Part shown: positions 1-6,566 of the stretch, one piece after another | Position numbering within the stretch: position 1 is the stretch's first letter | How the letters are laid out: each line of letters begins with the position of its first letter | Source of the DNA: Deltaproteobacteria bacterium RBG_16_54_11 | GTDB lineage: Bacteria > Desulfobacterota > B13-G15 > RBG-16-54-18 | Reading direction: 5' to 3' | Assembly (NCBI GenBank): GCA_001797905.1 | Contig: MGQS01000109.1 | Location: 821-41,391 of the forward strand | DNA: 40,571 bases | Notes under the pieces: model-generated | The model's input: only the letters and a program-made list of their open reading frames with translations | Told to the model about the DNA's origin: nothing | Database searches by the model: none | Made by a program: the position numbers and the translations under genes

Positions 1-905
1 GCGAGGAGATAGATGGTGAGCACCGTCTTGGTCTTGGATCCCAAGAGGTAATGGAGCCGATGGTGGAGGTGATCCTTCCCCGTGTATTCCATGAGCTCGC
101 GTACGCTGCCTGCTTCCTTCATGATTATCCTGCGCAGGTTGATGTAGGCCATGTCGTAGATGACCACGGCAAAGATCAACAGCGGGGCGGCGAGGGAGGG
201 CAGGAGCATGTCCTCCGACCACTCGGCCATGACGGCGAGGGAGGCGAGGATAAAGCCCAAAAAATTGCTCCCGGTATCACCCAAAAAGATGGTCGCCCCT
301 CTTGCTTCGCCGCGGAAGTTATAGGGGATAAAACCGATACAGGCGCCGAGGACGAAGAGGCAGATGGGCACGAGGGAGAACGACCCCATCTGGAGGAAGA
401 CGATGGAGAAGAGGCAGGAGAAGATGATGCAGAGACCAGCTGCCAGCCCATCCATCCCGTCGATGAAGTTGACGGCATTGGTGATCCCAACCAGCCAGAG
501 GACCGTGAGGGTATAATTGAGGGTGTAACCCCATGAGGTCTTGGGGAAGATGGTGGCGCTCACCCCGAAGGAGATGAGGATGCAGGCGGCCACGATCTGG
601 GAAACAAGCTTTGTCACGGCAGGCAGCTCATGTGAGTCATCCGCGACCTCCACCACGAAGATGAAGCTTGCGGCGATGAGGAGGCCCAGGATGGTCCCTG
701 CGGGTTTGGTGAACAGCAGCGCCGATAGAATGAAAGCGATGAAGATGGCCCAACCCCCTGTCTTGGGGGTCGGGACCGAGTGGACCCTGCGCTGCTCCGG
801 GATATCCATAAAGCCCCATTTTTTCCCGAGCCATCTCGCCAACGGGGTGAGAACGAGGGAGAGGAACAGGGGTACTATTATGGGCGGAAGGAATTCTCTA
901 AGCAT
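1..905 (-). CDS. Polyprenyl-phosphate N-acetylhexosamine-1-phosphate transferase (WecA/WbpL/MraY family, GT4), 3' end beyond the window edge
   Basis: Not in the ORF track because it runs off the left edge. My reverse-strand translation from ATG 905-903 is open to position 1. It reads MLREFLPPIIVPLFLSLVLTPLARWLGKKWGFMDIPEQRRVHS...ITNAVNFIDGMDGLAAG...FLGDTGSNFLGF...GKDHLHHRL, which carries the classic MraY/WecA motifs. The ATG overlaps the stop of the upstream DegT gene by 8 nt. Confidence 0.85.
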   Translation of the reverse strand, partial: MLREFLPPIIVPLFLSLVLTPLARWLGKKWGFMDIPEQRRVHSVPTPKTGGWAIFIAFILSALLFTKPAGTILGLLIAASFIFVVEVADDSHELPAVTKLVSQIVAACILISFGVSATIFPKTSWGYTLNYTLTVLWLVGITNAVNFIDGMDGLAAGLCIIFSCLFSIVFLQMGSFSLVPICLFVLGACIGFIPYNFRGEARGATIFLGDTGSNFLGFILASLAVMAEWSEDMLLPSLAAPLLIFAVVIYDMAYINLRRIIMKEAGSVRELMEYTGKDHLHHRLHYLLGSKTKTVLTIYLL

Positions 906-1950
906 TCGTATCCTCGACGGCCCTCCTGAGACAGAGGGCAATATTGCGCACCTCATCAGTTTTAATGCGCGGATAGATGGGAAGGGAGAGGGCTTCGGCA
1001 AAGGTCCGCTCGGTCGCCGCAAAGCCATCGAGGCCGAGGTAGCGATGGAGGGGGCGAAAGACTGGGCGTTGGGCCTCTATGCCCTCTCGATGCAATTCTC
1101 CTATGACCCGATCCAGTTTACCGTCCTCCATTCTTACTATATAACGGTAATATATCCCTCCTTGCCGCGGCACCAGCACTCCCTTAAGTTCCTTGAGGTG
1201 TTTGTCATACCATTGAGCCCGCGCCTCCCTTGCCTTGAGAAAGGAGGGTAGTTTTTCCAATTGTATACGCCCCATCCTTGCTTGAAGGTCTGTCATGCAA
1301 AAATTATACCTTACCTTATAATCCTCTTTTTTATCATACTGCCGCAGGTCTCGCACCCTTTCCAGGAGTTCTTCGTTCCGAGAGGCGACCATCCCCCCCT
1401 GGCCGGTGGTGATTACCTTGGTGGCATAAAAGGAGAAGATCGCTGCCTCACCCCAGGTCCCCGTCATTTTCCCGCGGGAGGTTGCGCCGAGTGATTGAGC
1501 GCAGTCCTCTATAATCGGAAGGCCGAGGGCAAGGAAGTCATCCATCGGATCTACAGGGTATCCAAACATGTGCGGGACGATGATGGCGGCGGTTCTCTTG
1601 GTGAGGGAATTGCGGGTTGCTGCCAGGGAGATGTTCATGGTCTCTTCATTGATGTCCACTATCCGGGGGGTTGCCCTACAATGGTGCACGGCGTTGAGCA
1701 GGGCGCTGCAGGTAAAGCTGGGGCAGATTACCTCATCCCCCTCCTTGACACCAGCGGCCAGCAAGCTCAGGTGCAAGGCAGCTGTTCCTGATGCAGTGGC
1801 AACTGCCCCGTTGAGGCCCAGATAAGAGGCCATGCCCTGCTCAAACTGCTCCACCTCCTCACCGGTGGCGATCCTCCCTGAGGCAAGGACCTCTTGGAGG
1901 CCCTTGGCCTCCTCTTCCCCCAGGGTCGGCATAGAATGGGGTATGCTCAT
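898..1950 (-). CDS. DegT/DnrJ/EryC1/StrS-family PLP-dependent sugar aminotransferase
   Basis: 350 aa. It has the ASGTAALHLSL and GDEVICPSFT motifs and FSFYATKVITTGQGGMVAS (PLP-lysine region). It overlaps the upstream gene by ATGA. Confidence 0.9.
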   Translation of the reverse strand: MSIPHSMPTLGEEEAKGLQEVLASGRIATGEEVEQFEQGMASYLGLNGAVATASGTAALHLSLLAAGVKEGDEVICPSFTCSALLNAVHHCRATPRIVDINEETMNISLAATRNSLTKRTAAIIVPHMFGYPVDPMDDFLALGLPIIEDCAQSLGATSRGKMTGTWGEAAIFSFYATKVITTGQGGMVASRNEELLERVRDLRQYDKKEDYKVRYNFCMTDLQARMGRIQLEKLPSFLKAREARAQWYDKHLKELKGVLVPRQGGIYYRYIVRMEDGKLDRVIGELHREGIEAQRPVFRPLHRYLGLDGFAATERTFAEALSLPIYPRIKTDEVRNIALCLRRAVEDTNA

Positions 1951-2567
1951 GGCAAGAAGTAGCGCAGGGGGGCGAATCCTTCGGCCAAGGTTACCCTGGC
2001 CTGCGTTCCCCGGAAGCGGGCCGTCGCGATGGCGATGTCTACGATATTAGAGCCAGGAATATGGGTCTTATGAAATTGGGAGGCGTGGGCCTCCAGACAT
2101 TTGATCTTTTTCTCCAAGGTCTCATCGATGTCCGCGAAGATCAGGGGATTAAAACCGATGGACGTGGGGGTCTCGTAGAAGATGACCTTGGGCGTATACC
2201 TCGTAGCGGCGACGGCAGCGTTGGCAAGGCGGACATGATCCTGATGGGTGTCCTCGGGATAGTTCACCAAGACCAGCGAGGGGTTTACATCCCGCAGGAA
2301 TCCCTCCAGAAGGTCTATCAAGGGCTTGTCGAAGATGATGAGGGTATCTTTATACCCCCCCCAGAGGAGTTCTTTCGCCCCCATTATCTCGGCGGATATC
2401 TCCTGTTCCTTCTGTCTTACCTGAGGGTCTCCACCCATACCCCCATCTGCCACCACCAAGAGGTGGACCTCATTCCCTTTTTTGCTGTATTTCGCAAGAG
2501 TGCCGGCGCACCCAAACTCAATATCGTCAGGGTGGGCGCCGATGGCTAGTAATCTCATGCCTTGCAT
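1947..2567 (-). CDS. PIG-L/LmbE-family N-acetyl-sugar deacetylase
   Basis: 206 aa. The N-terminus reads LLAIGAHPDDIEFGCAGT, and the HQDH metal-site motif is typical of PIG-L. Confidence 0.85.
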   Translation of the reverse strand: MQGMRLLAIGAHPDDIEFGCAGTLAKYSKKGNEVHLLVVADGGMGGDPQVRQKEQEISAEIMGAKELLWGGYKDTLIIFDKPLIDLLEGFLRDVNPSLVLVNYPEDTHQDHVRLANAAVAATRYTPKVIFYETPTSIGFNPLIFADIDETLEKKIKCLEAHASQFHKTHIPGSNIVDIAIATARFRGTQARVTLAEGFAPLRYFLP

Positions 2568-3247
2568 AGCTTACCCTCCAAGATGTTCAGGGAATCCCGG
2601 CCGCAGTTAAAGAGGAGATCGAGGAGCGATAGATTGGGTATAAAGTCCCCATATAACTGCGGATAGACGGGGTGTTTGAACGCCTGGAATATCACGGTGA
2701 TCCCCTTTTTGTTAAAGGGTTCGAGATCAAGGTACGCCCTCCCGCCTGCCCCCGAGAGATAGGTATCGGCACCCAAGGATTCACAGATGGCTGCAAGCCT
2801 CTCAGACGGCTCCTCCGGGAGATGGCCCAACGCGGAGGCGACCACTGTCTCCTTGTGCGCCCCTAATATCCTCAGGAGCATGAGGACGCTCTCTCTATTT
2901 ACCCCGGAGATGAATTCCGAATCTGCGGCATAGAATCGTTCCATCTCGGGGAAGAGCGCATGGAAATAGGGGGCCTTCTGGTAGTTGATCGTCAAGGTCC
3001 TGACATGCTTCTTCCGCCAGTCGGCTCGGTTGTTGATTTTCACCCCATCGATGTGCTCGGGATATTTGTACAATACAGGCACGGTGAGCCAGGTCCATCC
3101 CTGGGCTGTCTTTATCTTGTTTCTGTTCTGGAACTCGTTTTTCTTGAACTGCACGTTATCGAGGAAGACGAAGGTTTCGCTCCTCACTATCTTATCGAAA
3201 TACCCCAACCACGGCATAAATTGGGGTTGATGTACAGCCACGATCAT
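2555..3247 (-). CDS. WbqC-family protein (polysaccharide biosynthesis)
   Basis: The sequence MIVAVHQPQFMPWLGYFDKI...FLDNVQF...YLSGAGG is the typical WbqC family signature. I place the start at ATG 3247 (M40 of the tracked ORF 2555..3364). The family N-terminus begins there, and the longer version would overlap the VanZ gene. Confidence 0.8.
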   Translation of the reverse strand: MIVAVHQPQFMPWLGYFDKIVRSETFVFLDNVQFKKNEFQNRNKIKTAQGWTWLTVPVLYKYPEHIDGVKINNRADWRKKHVRTLTINYQKAPYFHALFPEMERFYAADSEFISGVNRESVLMLLRILGAHKETVVASALGHLPEEPSERLAAICESLGADTYLSGAGGRAYLDLEPFNKKGITVIFQAFKHPVYPQLYGDFIPNLSLLDLLFNCGRDSLNILEGKLCKA

Positions 3248-3270
3248 GCTAAGAAAATTAGCAGAAAAGG

Positions 3271-3630
3271 ATGAAGATATCAAGGACGCTTTATATTCTA
3301 TTTTTTGGATGGATAGTCCTTGTGGCCATCGGTTCCTTCCTTCCCCCCACCTCCTTCCCCTCATGGCTAGATTCGGGGGGGAATAGGGATAAGGTCGCCC
3401 ACTTTGCCGCCTATTTTTTTACCTCACTCTTGTTCTATGTCGCTTTTCGCACCCGTTTCAAGAGGACCGATATCTATGCAATGCTCTTTGCCGCCGGCTA
3501 TGGGGCGCTCATAGAGTTGGCGCAATTGTTGGTGCCGGGCAGGGTCTGTTCTTTCGGTGACTTAGCGGCCAATCTTTCAGGGGTGCTCTTTTTCTTCGTT
3601 CTGTATAGAATATTGTGGGGTAAAATATGA
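3271..3630 (+). CDS. VanZ-like family membrane protein
   Basis: 119 aa with 3-4 hydrophobic segments. It carries the motifs DKVAHFAAYF, ELAQLLVPGR and FGDLAANLSG, which are typical of VanZ-like proteins. Confidence 0.7.
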   Translation: MKISRTLYILFFGWIVLVAIGSFLPPTSFPSWLDSGGNRDKVAHFAAYFFTSLLFYVAFRTRFKRTDIYAMLFAAGYGALIELAQLLVPGRVCSFGDLAANLSGVLFFFVLYRILWGKI

Positions 3631-3683
3631 TTCATTGTCTCATATCTTGGTAGCTGATCTCCATAAACCTATTATAATTAATG

Positions 3684-3722
3684 GTGACAGTTTTGATGCA
3701 ACAAAGTGACAATTAGCGTCAC
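3684..3722 (+). promoter_or_regulatory. Candidate upstream activator/operator site: three GTGAC half-sites
   Basis: GTGAC occurs at 3684-3688 and 3706-3710 (22 bp apart), and GTCAC at 3718-3722. The last two form GTGAC-N7-GTCAC. The site lies about 170-220 bp upstream of the sigma54-like element. Confidence 0.25.
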
Positions 3723-3820
3723 TTTTTATCTCACCCTCGAAGATCTCACACTTTTATCAACCCAGAGTTTCTTGCAAGCAAAGGGTTAGGCCCTCTACCC
3801 CCCTATTTTCGTCTTTTTTA

Positions 3821-3849
3821 CAAAAAGACTGAGTCTTTTATATATCATT
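3821..3849 (+). promoter_or_regulatory. Overlapping inverted repeats (GTCTTTT motif in forward/reverse/forward orientation)
   Basis: GTCTTTTT-TAC-AAAAAGAC spans 3821-3839. The perfect 17-bp palindrome AAAAGACT-G-AGTCTTTT spans 3833-3849. Both lie about 45-70 bp upstream of the -24 element. Confidence 0.3.
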
Positions 3850-3890
3850 ATGCCTGGATGGGGTGATAAAAGCACATTGTTGGCAAATAA

Positions 3891-3906
3891 ATTGCACAAT
3901 AATACT
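3891..3906 (+). promoter_or_regulatory. Sigma54-type -24/-12 promoter candidate for the export operon
   Basis: TGGCAA-ATAAA-TTGCA compares with the consensus TGGCAC-N5-TTGCA: one mismatch and correct spacing. It sits about 105 bp upstream of ATG 4011. An alternative sigma70 reading is TTGGCA (3890-3895)-17 bp-TACTAT (3913-3918). Confidence 0.5.
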
Positions 3907-4010
3907 ATAGAAAGAACCCTCTAGGGGTATGCAGGTTGGCAGAGATAAAATGAGATTGAATTTTATATTATGTTATGTCATCATAAATAGATGAGAGAGG
4001 TAGTTAGTCG

Positions 4011-5750
4011 ATGTTGGAATATGAGAAATACTGGCACTTTATAGACCTCCCGTTCAAGGTCTTTCCTTCCGGGGATACCTACTTCCCCTCGGCGACCCAT
4101 GAGGAAGCCAGGGCGAGGATATTTCAGGCCATACGGACCCGCAAGAGGATCATCCTGATTACGGGCAAGCCGGGCTCAGGGAAGACCACCCTCTGGAAGA
4201 AGATCAAGGGGGATCTGGAGCAACATCATATCCCCTTTGCCATGGGTGTTGCGGAAAACCCCATGGGCAATTTCTCCGAGATCATGAGGGAGATGGGTGA
4301 GAGCATGGGTCTTCCCACCTCCCGTGATAACGGAGAGCTCTTAGGGGCCCTCAGGGACAAGCTCAGGGATAACGTCAAGAGAGGGACAACAAATATATGG
4401 CTGATAGATGAATGCCAGGTGATAAAGGATACGGATATCTGGGAAAGACTCAGGTTGTTGACCAACTGGTCATTGAACGGCTCTCCGGCTCTGACCCTGT
4501 TCCTCCTGGGCCAGCCGGAGGTCATCCCCATCCTCCGTGAAAAGGAGGGCTTCTCCCAGAGGATAGGGGCCTACTATATCCTCGGCGCTCTCAGCTTGCA
4601 GGAGACTGGGGCGTATATCGAGTACCATCTCAAAAAGGTGAACTCTGCAAATTTAAGCATCTTCACCGAAGATTCGGTGCATAGGATATATCAATTGTCA
4701 GGGGGACTCCCGCGCAACATAAACCATATTTGCGACGCTGCCCTTCTGCTCGGTGCGATTCAAGGGAAGGAGTTTGTCGACGCGAGGATGGTGGAATCGG
4801 TTGCTGCGGAACGGGCGTCCATCAGTGGGGAGCAAGAGGTCGTATGGACGCCGATGCGGGAGGGCCTTATGGCAACCGATGCAACGGTAGATGAGCATAA
4901 TAATATATATGAGGAATTAGTTAAGACATTTGACAAATTCTATTACATTAAAAAGGGGGAGAGCCCCATAGATCTGGTGGAGAAGGAGCTCGAGCCGATT
5001 GTCCCTCAATTTATAAGGGCCGTGAAGACGGACAGGGGGCTCATGAAAAAGGCCTTATACGGTGAAGAGCCAGATGTCTATCTCTTGCAACACTGCGTGA
5101 ATGTGGCGGTTCAGGGTGCGAAGATAGGCATGGGAATGGGTTACAGCGAGGATGAATTGAAGCGATTGTCCCTGGCAGCCCTGATTCACGATATAGGGAT
5201 GGGGGATGTTCCTGAGCAGATATGGACCAAGAAGGGATCGCTCTCACCCTCCGAGATCGATGAGATGCGCAGGCACCCTGTGTATGGCTACGAGCGCCTC
5301 AAACCATTGGATGAGATCGCTACCATAGTGCTGCAGGAACATGAAAGGATGGACAGTTCAGGCTATCCTAATGGCGCGTTATGCGAAGATATTCATGAGT
5401 TCTCCTACATCATCGGGATCGCAGATATATATGACAGTCTCCTCCATACCCGTCCCTATCGGGATAAACGGTACTCCTCCTTTGAGGCGATCAAGGAGAT
5501 CGTGACGATGGAGAAGCGGCGATTCCCTGCCAGCGTGCTCAAGTCTTTGGTCGCTTACTTCCTTTTTCCGGTGGGGAGCCAGGTGGAGTTGAACAGCCGG
5601 GAGAAGGCCGAGGTGGTTGAGGAAAACAGGGCCAATCCGATGCGCCCGATAGTGAAGATCACCCACGATCAAGACAATCGGGAATATAAGAAATCCAGGA
5701 TTATAGACCTGGACAGGGATCAAAAATTCTTCATCGCGAGGAGTTTCTGA
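4011..5750 (+). CDS. Fusion protein: ExeA/GspA-like (PEP-CTERM-locus type) AAA+ ATPase N-terminal domain plus HD-GYP domain (putative c-di-GMP phosphodiesterase)
   Basis: 579 aa. The N-terminal half has the P-loop ITGKPGSGKTT and WLIDECQ (DEAQ-like Walker B). The C-terminal half has LIHDIGM, RRHPVYGYERL, QEHERMDSSGYPNG and IADIYDSLLHTRPYR. Confidence 0.85.
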   Translation: MLEYEKYWHFIDLPFKVFPSGDTYFPSATHEEARARIFQAIRTRKRIILITGKPGSGKTTLWKKIKGDLEQHHIPFAMGVAENPMGNFSEIMREMGESMGLPTSRDNGELLGALRDKLRDNVKRGTTNIWLIDECQVIKDTDIWERLRLLTNWSLNGSPALTLFLLGQPEVIPILREKEGFSQRIGAYYILGALSLQETGAYIEYHLKKVNSANLSIFTEDSVHRIYQLSGGLPRNINHICDAALLLGAIQGKEFVDARMVESVAAERASISGEQEVVWTPMREGLMATDATVDEHNNIYEELVKTFDKFYYIKKGESPIDLVEKELEPIVPQFIRAVKTDRGLMKKALYGEEPDVYLLQHCVNVAVQGAKIGMGMGYSEDELKRLSLAALIHDIGMGDVPEQIWTKKGSLSPSEIDEMRRHPVYGYERLKPLDEIATIVLQEHERMDSSGYPNGALCEDIHEFSYIIGIADIYDSLLHTRPYRDKRYSSFEAIKEIVTMEKRRFPASVLKSLVAYFLFPVGSQVELNSREKAEVVEENRANPMRPIVKITHDQDNREYKKSRIIDLDRDQKFFIARSF

Positions 5751-6559
5751 TGACAAGGATAAAAATCGGAGGGATTATATTTTTGTTGTCTTTTCTTTTC
5801 CTCGTTCCTCTCGTCCTTGCTGAAGAACTCTCTCCTAAGGCGGAAGAGCCGGCAGTTAAGGCGGAAGAGCCGGCAGTTAAGGTGGAAGAGCCGGCAGTTA
5901 AGGTGGAAGAGCCGGCTGTTAAGGCGGAAGAACCTGCTGCCAAGATAGCTGCTATAAAAGATGCCCGCGCCGTCTACACCGTGGGGGTGGGGGATGTGCT
6001 GACAATACGGCTCAGGGAGGGTGTCAAGCTGAGTGAGTACGATGCAACGGTCATGTCTACCGGCACGATCGTCATCTCCTTCATAGAGGTGGAGGCAGCA
6101 GGCCATACTATTCCCGAGATCAGGGAACAGGCCCAGAGGGAACTCGGCAAATACATTCGTGATTTCAGCGTGGACCTCATTCCAAGAGAATGGCGAGAAA
6201 AGAAGATCTTTGTCCTGGGCGAGGTAGAAAAGCCGGGGGTGTACAATTTCGCCGCAGGGATGACTGCCATGCAGGTACTCGCCTTGGCAGGGGGATATAA
6301 GGACTCCGCCCTGTTGAAGGATATGAGGATTATCAGAGGAAATCTCGATAATCCCGAGCTCATCCGGGTCAATCTGAAAGCGACGGCCAAGGGTAGAGAT
6401 GCGAAGGATGTTCTGCTTGCCCAGAATGACGTCATCTTCGTGCCCCGGAGCGCCATCGGCGACTGGAACGCCTTTATCAAGCTCTATATCCGTCCGACCG
6501 TTGAGGTTCTTTCCCTCCCTCTCAGTGGAGCGGCCACCATCCAGAGTTTCGGAAAGTGA
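5750..6559 (+). CDS. Polysaccharide export protein (Wza/Poly_export + SLBB type) with a repeat-containing N-terminal linker
   Basis: 269 aa. It has a signal peptide (MTRIKIGGIIFLLSFLFLVPLVLA), YTVGVGDVLTIRL (Poly_export-like) and ILGEVEKPGVYNF...AMQVLALAGG (SLBB-like). Its start overlaps the upstream stop (TGATG). Confidence 0.85.
   Translation: MTRIKIGGIIFLLSFLFLVPLVLAEELSPKAEEPAVKAEEPAVKVEEPAVKVEEPAVKAEEPAAKIAAIKDARAVYTVGVGDVLTIRLREGVKLSEYDATVMSTGTIVISFIEVEAAGHTIPEIREQAQRELGKYIRDFSVDLIPREWREKKIFVLGEVEKPGVYNFAAGMTAMQVLALAGGYKDSALLKDMRIIRGNLDNPELIRVNLKATAKGRDAKDVLLAQNDVIFVPRSAIGDWNAFIKLYIRPTVEVLSLPLSGAATIQSFGK
5840..5944 (+). repeat. In-frame 21-bp tandem repeat, 5 copies (GCGGAAGAGCCGGCAGTTAAG-like)
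   Basis: Read directly from the sequence. It encodes AEEPAVK-AEEPAVK-VEEPAVK-VEEPAVK-AEEPAAK. A degenerate copy (EELSPK) lies at 5822-5839. Confidence 0.95.
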
Positions 6560-6566
6560 GTGTGAG

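Noticed and set aside
51-1251. Long + strand ORFs 51..536 (161 aa) and 541..1251 (236 aa).
   Set aside because: Their translations are low-complexity and rich in G, E, D or R, with no recognisable domains. The opposite strand encodes a continuous WecA/MraY-family protein (1..905) and DegT (898..1950) with clear family motifs. These are antisense shadow ORFs.
3248-3364. Longer version of the WbqC ORF (start 3364), which would overlap the VanZ gene.
   Set aside because: WbqC family proteins begin at the MIVAVHQPQFMPW motif (ATG 3247), and the extra 39 residues are Arg/Ser-rich. This remains unresolved without TSS data.
5720-6106. Minus-strand ORFs with repeating CRLFHLN / TAGSS peptides.
   Set aside because: They are the antisense reading of the 21-bp tandem repeat inside the Wza-like gene, and are a repeat artefact rather than a gene.
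6399-6566. 56-codon N-terminal extension of the Wzc-like ORF, overlapping the 3' end of the exporter gene.
   Set aside because: The extension is Ser/Pro/Arg-rich with no membrane anchor. The family-typical N-terminus (MEKKSYDLSIRDY... + TM) starts at ATG 6567, 8 nt after the upstream stop.
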